Shown one piece after another: positions 26,139 to 32,000 of a stretch of DNA of 32,000 nt (within the stretch, counting starts at the first letter, position 1; the number at the start of each line of letters is the position of its first letter). The notes beneath the pieces are model-generated. The model had not been told where the DNA came from and searched no databases. It was given only the letters and a program-made list of their open reading frames with translations. The stretch lies in the NCBI RefSeq assembly GCF_003367075.2, contig NZ_CP065936.1, positions 1,320,001 to 1,352,000 on the forward strand, in the 5' to 3' direction. The stretch comes from Cylindrospermopsis raciborskii Cr2010. Lineage in GTDB: Bacteria > Cyanobacteriota > Cyanobacteriia > Cyanobacteriales > Nostocaceae. The position numbers and the translations under genes are program-made.

Positions 26139-26900
26139 TTATCCAACTTGTTTGTAGCGACCACTAAGTTTAATTTCTTGTGGATTGATTCTGCTTACCG
26201 CTTTTTCCAGGGGTAAACAGCGAGTGGTGTTTTTAAAAACATTCACCTGGTAAACCAACTTGTTAGTTATATCCAGTCCGGTCAACCAACCACTGCGGGG
26301 ATGATATACACCAGTGTCAATATCTAGCCACCCTTGACCCTGTGCTAACTCTCCAGGTCTCATTCCTGGCAAGGTAAAGGTGATTGTGTGTCCCGTAATA
26401 ATTAGTTTGTTTGTAAAGTAGGGCGTTTCCATGCTATGAAATTCCTCTCTAATCCAGCATAGATCTCCTCCTGTTTGCTCAGATAAAGACTTATTTGGAT
26501 TGACTCCCGCATGGGCTAACAAAATATCTCCCAAATCAAGATATGTAGGTAAACTGCTAAACCAGTCTAAATCTTCTTGAGGTATTCTTGCGGATCTATA
26601 ACTGGCCATGGTAGCTTGTCCCCCGCTATATAACCATGATTGTACAGCCTTATTTGATGTGTAATGATGAATCATCACATTCAGAAGCATTTCCTCATGA
26701 TTACCTAGGAGACAGGGATAATTATTTTCTTTAACAAACTTGACCACCTGAGCACTTTGTGGACCTCGGTCTATTAAGTCTCCCAGGAAATATACCTGAT
26801 CCCCTGAGTTAGGTGCTATTTTTTCCATTAGGATCATTAGACCTTGATAGTGACCGTGTACATCCCCGATAATAATTCGCCGTGAATTAGTTGCGCTCAT
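26139..26900 (-). CDS. Metallophosphoesterase / serine-threonine phosphatase family protein
   Basis: 253 aa; IIGDVHGHYQGL, YFLGDLIDRGPQS, CLLGNHEEM, ILAHAGVNP metallophosphatase motifs. Confidence 0.92.
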   Translation of the reverse strand: MSATNSRRIIIGDVHGHYQGLMILMEKIAPNSGDQVYFLGDLIDRGPQSAQVVKFVKENNYPCLLGNHEEMLLNVMIHHYTSNKAVQSWLYSGGQATMASYRSARIPQEDLDWFSSLPTYLDLGDILLAHAGVNPNKSLSEQTGGDLCWIREEFHSMETPYFTNKLIITGHTITFTLPGMRPGELAQGQGWLDIDTGVYHPRSGWLTGLDITNKLVYQVNVFKNTTRCLPLEKAVSRINPQEIKLSGRYKQVG

Positions 26901-27187
26901 AAGTGTTTCAATTTGTCTGATAAATTAAAAGTCATTAAGATAAAGATCTTAGATTAAACGTTGTATTTTTACTCTGCTAGTTTTAAACTACACAGTTGTG
27001 AGTTGGTTTTCAGATATAGCGGTTGATTTTTTCTGCAAATCATCTTTAGAGAACTCCTGGATACCCTCGGAGGTGGGTTGTTGACAGTAAATGTTAAGTG
27101 ATATTACAAACTTTAGAAAAATATTGAGAAATTAATCTTAGAGCAATCATGATTTTAAGGTAGAACCTATAGGATAGACGGGAGGCA

Positions 27188-27508
27188 ATGATGAATAAGA
27201 ATAATATTCAAAACTATCGCTTTGTTTGTACCCTCACATTTGGTGATATCTACGGTCAAATTGTTGCTTGGTTAATCACAATTACACTTAGTCTAGCTTC
27301 GGCTTTAGCATTAATAGGTGCTAGAAGACCTGTATATGCTTTAGCTGCGGTAGGACTTGTGGTTGTTTTTACTCTCCCTTTTCTGTTGTTTGCTTTTGTC
27401 ACCACTCTATTAAACCATATAGAGCTAAATGCTGTCGAGTTGGAAACAAAAACACAAGCGACAGCAGATGGTGTTCCGGTGCAAAAACCGATTCAAGCCA
27501 CCAGTTGA
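27188..27508 (+). CDS. Small predicted membrane protein, unknown function
   Basis: 106 aa with two hydrophobic segments, preceded by a GGGAGG purine-rich ribosome-binding-like sequence. Confidence 0.7.
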   Translation: MMNKNNIQNYRFVCTLTFGDIYGQIVAWLITITLSLASALALIGARRPVYALAAVGLVVVFTLPFLLFAFVTTLLNHIELNAVELETKTQATADGVPVQKPIQATS

Positions 27509-27600
27509 AATCAGTAAAATATGGGTGGTGCTTACCGGTTTAATGACGACTGAAAATAACATCCCTGTTCCCAAACAGGGTATTTTTTTCCAATAGGGGG

Positions 27601-29337
27601 TTGATGACGATGATAGAACATGATGTAGTTATTGTTGGTGGTGGTTTAGCTGGATGTCGAGCAGCATTAGAAATTGCCAGAACGGATCCTAGCTTAAAAG
27701 TAGCACTGGTGGCTAAAACCCATCCTATTCGTTCTCACTCGGTAGCTGCTCAGGGGGGAATGGCTGCTTCCCTGAAAAATGTGGATACTCAAGACAGTTG
27801 GCAAGCTCACGCTTTCGATACGGTTAAGGGTTCGGATTACTTAGCAGACCAGGATGCTGTGGCCATTCTCACTCAAGAAGCACCAGATGTGGTGATTGAT
27901 TTAGAACATCTGGGAGTGTTATTTTCTCGTTTACCAGATGGGAGAATTGCTCAAAGGGCTTTTGGTGGACATTCTCATAATCGCACCTGTTACGCAGCTG
28001 ATAAAACCGGTCACGCCATCCTCCATGAGTTGGTTAGTAATTTGCGCCGCTATGGGGTACAAATATATCAAGAGTGGTATGTGACTAAACTGATTATGGA
28101 AGATAATGAAGCCAAAGGTTTAGTTATGTTCCACTTACTAGATAGTAAAATTGCAGTTCTACGCGCCAAGGCAATTATGTTTGCTACTGGTGGCTATGGT
28201 CGTGTTTACAACACTACTTCAAATGATTATGCCTCTACGGGTGATGGTTTGGCAATGACCGCATTAGCTGGACTACCTTTGGAAGATATGGAGTTTGTCC
28301 AATTTCATCCCACTGGTCTATATCCAGTGGGAGTGCTGATCTCCGAAGCGGTTCGAGGAGAAGGTGCCTATTTAATTAATGCTCAAGGTGACCGTTTTAT
28401 GGTGAACTATGCTCCTAGCCGCATGGAGCTGGCACCTCGTGATATTACATCCAGGGCGATCGCCTACGAAATTCGCGCAGGCAGAGGTGCTAGTTTAGAC
28501 GGAACTGCTGGTGGACCCTTTGTTTATTTAGATTTACGACATCTAGGAAGGGAAAAAATCATGAGTAGAGTACCTTTTTGTTGGGAAGAGGCCCATAGGT
28601 TAGTGGGTGTGGATGCGGTCACCCAACCCATGCCAGTGCGTCCCACCATTCATTATTGTATGGGTGGTATTCCGGTGAACACCGATGGACAAGTACGTTG
28701 CAATAGCACTGAGTTAGTTGAGGGCTTTTTTGCCGCTGGAGAAACTGCCTGTGTATCTGTTCACGGTGCCAATCGTTTAGGTAGTAACTCGCTATTAGAA
28801 TGTGTAGTTTATGGCAGACGCACCGGAGCGAAACTGGCGGAATATGTACAAAACCGTAAACTACCAGTTATAGATGAACAAAATTATATAAGAGCGACCG
28901 AGGAAGAGATTGAGAGTTTGTTAGCACAACCGGGAAAATATCGCATCAATCAAATTCGTGAACAACTTCAGGACACAATGACAGATTTTTGTGGAGTATT
29001 TAGAACCGCAGAACTAATGAAAGAAGGATTAGAAAGAATTGAAGAAATTGAAGCTAAGTCTTGTCAGATACACTTAGATGACAAGGGTAAGTGTTGGAAT
29101 ACGGAATTAGTAGAGGCTATGGAGTTAAAGAGCTTAGTGGTGGTTGGTAAAACCATATTAGCATCAGCATTTAGTCGTCGAGAAAGTAGAGGTGCCCATT
29201 TTAGAGAAGATTTTCCCAGTCGAGATGATCATCAATTTTTAAAGCATAGTATGGCTTACTACTCACCATTAAATCTTAGAATAGAGTATATGCCAGTAGT
29301 AGTAAACATGTTTGAGCCCCAGGAGAGGAAATATTAA
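27601..29337 (+). CDS. sdhA: Succinate dehydrogenase / fumarate reductase flavoprotein subunit
   Basis: 578 aa; DVVIVGGGLAGCRAALEIA; TKTHPIRSHSVAAQGGMAASLKN; FVQFHPTGLYPVG; GRRTGAKLAEY. Confidence 0.93.
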   Translation: MMTMIEHDVVIVGGGLAGCRAALEIARTDPSLKVALVAKTHPIRSHSVAAQGGMAASLKNVDTQDSWQAHAFDTVKGSDYLADQDAVAILTQEAPDVVIDLEHLGVLFSRLPDGRIAQRAFGGHSHNRTCYAADKTGHAILHELVSNLRRYGVQIYQEWYVTKLIMEDNEAKGLVMFHLLDSKIAVLRAKAIMFATGGYGRVYNTTSNDYASTGDGLAMTALAGLPLEDMEFVQFHPTGLYPVGVLISEAVRGEGAYLINAQGDRFMVNYAPSRMELAPRDITSRAIAYEIRAGRGASLDGTAGGPFVYLDLRHLGREKIMSRVPFCWEEAHRLVGVDAVTQPMPVRPTIHYCMGGIPVNTDGQVRCNSTELVEGFFAAGETACVSVHGANRLGSNSLLECVVYGRRTGAKLAEYVQNRKLPVIDEQNYIRATEEEIESLLAQPGKYRINQIREQLQDTMTDFCGVFRTAELMKEGLERIEEIEAKSCQIHLDDKGKCWNTELVEAMELKSLVVVGKTILASAFSRRESRGAHFREDFPSRDDHQFLKHSMAYYSPLNLRIEYMPVVVNMFEPQERKY

Positions 29338-29398
29338 AGATACCGCAAACCCATGGCAAATATAATGTGAGAAAATGGTGCTACCAATAAAAGAAACT

Positions 29399-30892
29399 AT
29401 GCTGAATAAAACTCAAGATAAAAAAGAAATAGATTGGAAACCAATTATTAAAGAATTCATAGCCGTGCTAGGTGAAAAAGGTGTAGTTCAACGGAAAGAA
29501 GAACTAATAACCTACGAATGTGACGGTTTAACCAGTTATCGTCAAAGACCAGCGGTGGCAGTTTTACCCCGCACCACTGAACAAGTGGCAGCAGTAGTAA
29601 AGATTTGTAACCGGTATTCCATACCCTTTATTGCCAGAGGTTCGGGAACAGGGTTGTCTGGTGGGGCTTTGCCATTGGAGAATTCAGTATTAATTGTCAC
29701 TTCTCTCATGCGGCAAATTCTCAAGATAGATTTAGAGAACCAACGTGTTATTGTCCAACCTGGAATTATCAACAGTTGGGTAACTCAGGCGGTTAGTGGT
29801 GCAGGTTTTTACTTTGCCCCGGATCCTTCGAGTCAAATTATCTGCTCTATTGGTGGTAATATTGCGGAAAATTCTGGAGGTGTACACTGTTTAAAATACG
29901 GTGTGACTACTAACCATGTGTTGGGTCTAAAAATAGTTCTTCCTGATGGGTCAATTACTGATCTTGGCGGACAGATTCCGGAAATGCCCGGTTACGATTT
30001 AACGGGAGTATTTGTGGGTTCAGAAGGAACTTTAGGCATTGCTACGGAAATTACCCTGAAAATCCTCAAAACTGCCGAATCAATTTGTGTATTACTAGCG
30101 GACTTCACCAGCGTAGAAGCTGCTGCAGCTAGTGTGTCTGATATAGTGAGTGCGGGTATAATTCCCGGTGGTATGGAAATGATGGATAACATTAGTATTA
30201 ATGCTGTAGAAGATGTGGTAGCTACTAATTGCTACCCCCGCGATGCAGCGGCAATTTTATTAGTAGAGGTGGATGGATTAGCAGTAGAAGTTAATGCTAA
30301 TAAACAAAAGGTGACAGATATTTGTTTAAAGAATGGAGCGCGTAATATCACAGCTGCATCGGACCCGGAAACGAGATTGAAATTGTGGAAAGGTAGAAAA
30401 GCTGCTTTTGCTGCAGCAGGTCATATCAGCCCAGATTATTACGTTCAAGACGGGGTTATTCCTCGCACCCAACTACCTTATGTTCTCACAGAAATTGAGG
30501 CTTTAAGCCAAAAATATGGTTATAGAATAGCCAATGTTTTTCATGCAGGAGATGGTAATTTACATCCTCTGATTTTATTTGATAATTCCATACCAGGAGA
30601 ATTAGAAAAGGTGGAAGAAGTGGGAGGAGAAATTCTCAAGTTATGTGTGAAAGTTGGTGGTAGCATTTCTGGAGAACATGGTATAGGCGCTGACAAGAAG
30701 TGTTATATGCCAGATATGTTTAGTGATACGGATTTAGAAACTATGCAATGGGTAAGAGAGGTTTTTAACCCTCAGAGCCTAGCTAATCCAGGGAAAATTT
30801 TTCCCACACCGCGTACCTGTGGAGAAGGTGCAAAAGCATCTTCAAGTGCACAATTTTCTTCACAACTTTCACCTCATATAGAAAGGTTTTAA
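29399..30892 (+). CDS. glcD: FAD-linked oxidase / glycolate oxidase subunit GlcD-like
   Basis: RPAVAVLPRTTEQVAAVVKICN; GSGTGLSGGALP; GSEGTLGIATEITLKIL; FHAGDGNLHPLILFD; SGEHGIGADKK. The track start at 29375 is possible; the ATG at 29399 (MLNKTQDK) is also plausible. Confidence 0.88.
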   Translation: MLNKTQDKKEIDWKPIIKEFIAVLGEKGVVQRKEELITYECDGLTSYRQRPAVAVLPRTTEQVAAVVKICNRYSIPFIARGSGTGLSGGALPLENSVLIVTSLMRQILKIDLENQRVIVQPGIINSWVTQAVSGAGFYFAPDPSSQIICSIGGNIAENSGGVHCLKYGVTTNHVLGLKIVLPDGSITDLGGQIPEMPGYDLTGVFVGSEGTLGIATEITLKILKTAESICVLLADFTSVEAAAASVSDIVSAGIIPGGMEMMDNISINAVEDVVATNCYPRDAAAILLVEVDGLAVEVNANKQKVTDICLKNGARNITAASDPETRLKLWKGRKAAFAAAGHISPDYYVQDGVIPRTQLPYVLTEIEALSQKYGYRIANVFHAGDGNLHPLILFDNSIPGELEKVEEVGGEILKLCVKVGGSISGEHGIGADKKCYMPDMFSDTDLETMQWVREVFNPQSLANPGKIFPTPRTCGEGAKASSSAQFSSQLSPHIERF

Positions 30893-30894
30893 AC

Positions 30895-31086
30895 ATGATT
30901 AAACTCGATCAGTTTTTAAAATTCTTAGGCATTGTCTCCACTGGTGGTCAAGCCAAAATTATGATTGTTAATGGTGAGGTGAAAGTTAATGATATGATTG
31001 AAACTCGAAGGGGGAGAAAATTACTAGTTGATGATATAGTAACTGTGACTGGGAAGACTTTTAAGGTAGGAGATATTATTTCCTAA
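30895..31086 (+). CDS. Small RNA-binding S4-domain protein (YbcJ-like)
   Basis: 63 aa; IKLDQFLKFLGIVSTGGQAKIMIVNGEVKVNDMIETRRGRKL is S4-like. Starts 2 nt after the glcD stop. Confidence 0.85.
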   Translation: MIKLDQFLKFLGIVSTGGQAKIMIVNGEVKVNDMIETRRGRKLLVDDIVTVTGKTFKVGDIIS

Positions 31087-31122
31087 CAGTTTCCCAATTT
31101 TCCCAGACCATAATCAGGAATC

Positions 31123-31419
31123 ATGCTGAAATTACCTATGACTATAGATCAATCAAATATGAGACTAATTAAAAAATCTGAAAAGTTGCTTCTAGAACAG
31201 CTCAAGAACACGGAGGTGCAGGAAGAAAGTTCTGAACCTGATATTACAGATAATTTGGAAGACCTACTTCCAGAATCAGGCCTAATTGAAACCGATAGTT
31301 TTTACATCAATTACATTCCCCTGCGAGATAATGCCATAGTTTATTCTGTTGGTAATACAGGTTGGCAGGTTTCCGAAATTTGGAAAGAAATCAGATTGGA
31401 TGATTTCTATCACAGTTAA
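31123..31419 (+). CDS. Hypothetical protein
   Basis: 98 aa acidic ORF in the same direction as glcD and the S4 gene. No family recognised; the in-frame ATG at 31138 may be the real start. Confidence 0.5.
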   Translation: MLKLPMTIDQSNMRLIKKSEKLLLEQLKNTEVQEESSEPDITDNLEDLLPESGLIETDSFYINYIPLRDNAIVYSVGNTGWQVSEIWKEIRLDDFYHS

Positions 31420-31525
31420 GAAGAACAGAGCAAGATATTTACTCACCCAGGGAGTGAGGGCATAATTTATCTTGAGTCCCCCCCTGGAACCTTAAAATGT
31501 CGAAAAAGTATCATATATATTTTAT

Positions 31526-31640
31526 TAAGTAGGTGGGTGGAATTAAATATAAGATGAACGTAGGTTGGGTTGAAGTATGAAACCCAACACCCCCATCGGT
31601 TACGCCATGGCCCCTACAAATAATTGTGCCTCCCTACTTA
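31526..31640. repeat. Intergenic hairpin repeat, copy 2 of 2, with short terminal inverted repeats
   Basis: Bases 31533-31588 are identical to 1637-1692. Ends TAAGTAGG (31526-31533) and CCTACTTA (31633-31640) are exact inverted repeats. Confidence 0.8.
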
Positions 31641-31747
31641 CCATATTAATAAATTAATCTTGTTTATAAATTAATCTTATTTTTAAGTCAGCACACCCAC
31701 ACATAGGTTAGCATAGTAATTTCATGAGATGATAGTATGATGATATC

Positions 31748-32000
31748 ATGATCAGTCGTTTGTTTAACCTGTTCATTGCTGTAGGGTTTTTATTCAGTGT
31801 TATTGTGTTTTCTGTTGCTTCTAATTCCGTTGATTTAAAAACAACAAATAATCCTCTATTAACAGAAATTAGAGGAGTTTGGTTAACCAATGTAGCCAGC
31901 GGGGTACTTTTTGTACCTTGGGGTATAGAACGAGCTATTAATCAATTAGCAGAACTCAATTTCAATACGATTTATCCTGTAGTTTGGAACAGAGGCTACA
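31748..32000 (+). CDS. Family 10-like glycosylhydrolase (GHL10/DUF187-type), N-terminal part, truncated by the window end
   Basis: Open frame from ATG 31748: signal-like MISRLFNLFIAVGFLFSVIVFSVASN, then TEIRGVWLTNVASGVLFVPWGIERAINQLAELNFNTIYPVVWNRGY. Confidence 0.8.
   Translation, partial: MISRLFNLFIAVGFLFSVIVFSVASNSVDLKTTNNPLLTEIRGVWLTNVASGVLFVPWGIERAINQLAELNFNTIYPVVWNRGY

Noticed and set aside
29542-30192. Antisense ORFs 29542-29772 and 29992-30192
   Set aside because: Opposite the glcD-like gene; no recognisable domain.
31708-31890. ORF 31708-31890 (-)
   Set aside because: Antisense to the start of the glycosylhydrolase-like gene, which has a credible signal peptide and family motif.

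Overview
This 32 kb window reads as mostly ordinary cyanobacterial chromosome. Evidence: HIP1 octamers (GCGATCGC), psbY, a split-intein dnaE C-half, CofG, cyanase and a type IV pilus pilMNO block. The gene content and intein sequence fit a heterocystous, Raphidiopsis/Cylindrospermopsis-like lineage; that placement is from memory and was not searched. I see no CRISPR array, prophage, intact transposon or complete defence island. The features most worth a second look are: (1) the C-terminal DnaE split-intein half at 4784-4891, which implies protein trans-splicing with a half outside the window; (2) an AAA-like ATPase fused to a PD-(D/E)XK-like domain at 6192-7751, whose last 30 bp are repeated exactly right after the dnaE-C stop codon, like a scar of duplication or insertion; (3) two copies of a ~110 bp non-coding hairpin repeat, near 1.64 kb and 31.53 kb; (4) psbY, absent from the supplied ORF track; (5) pilMNO without an adjacent pilQ; (6) a membrane-anchored histidine kinase with a degenerate ATP-binding region, overlapping a convergent acetyltransferase gene; (7) a perfect 14-bp-stem hairpin in a long intergenic region; (8) a perfect 19-bp tandem duplication just upstream of a radical SAM gene. 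I did not find strong evidence for a previously undescribed multi-gene system. The ATPase/nuclease-like gene with its repeat scar is the nearest candidate.
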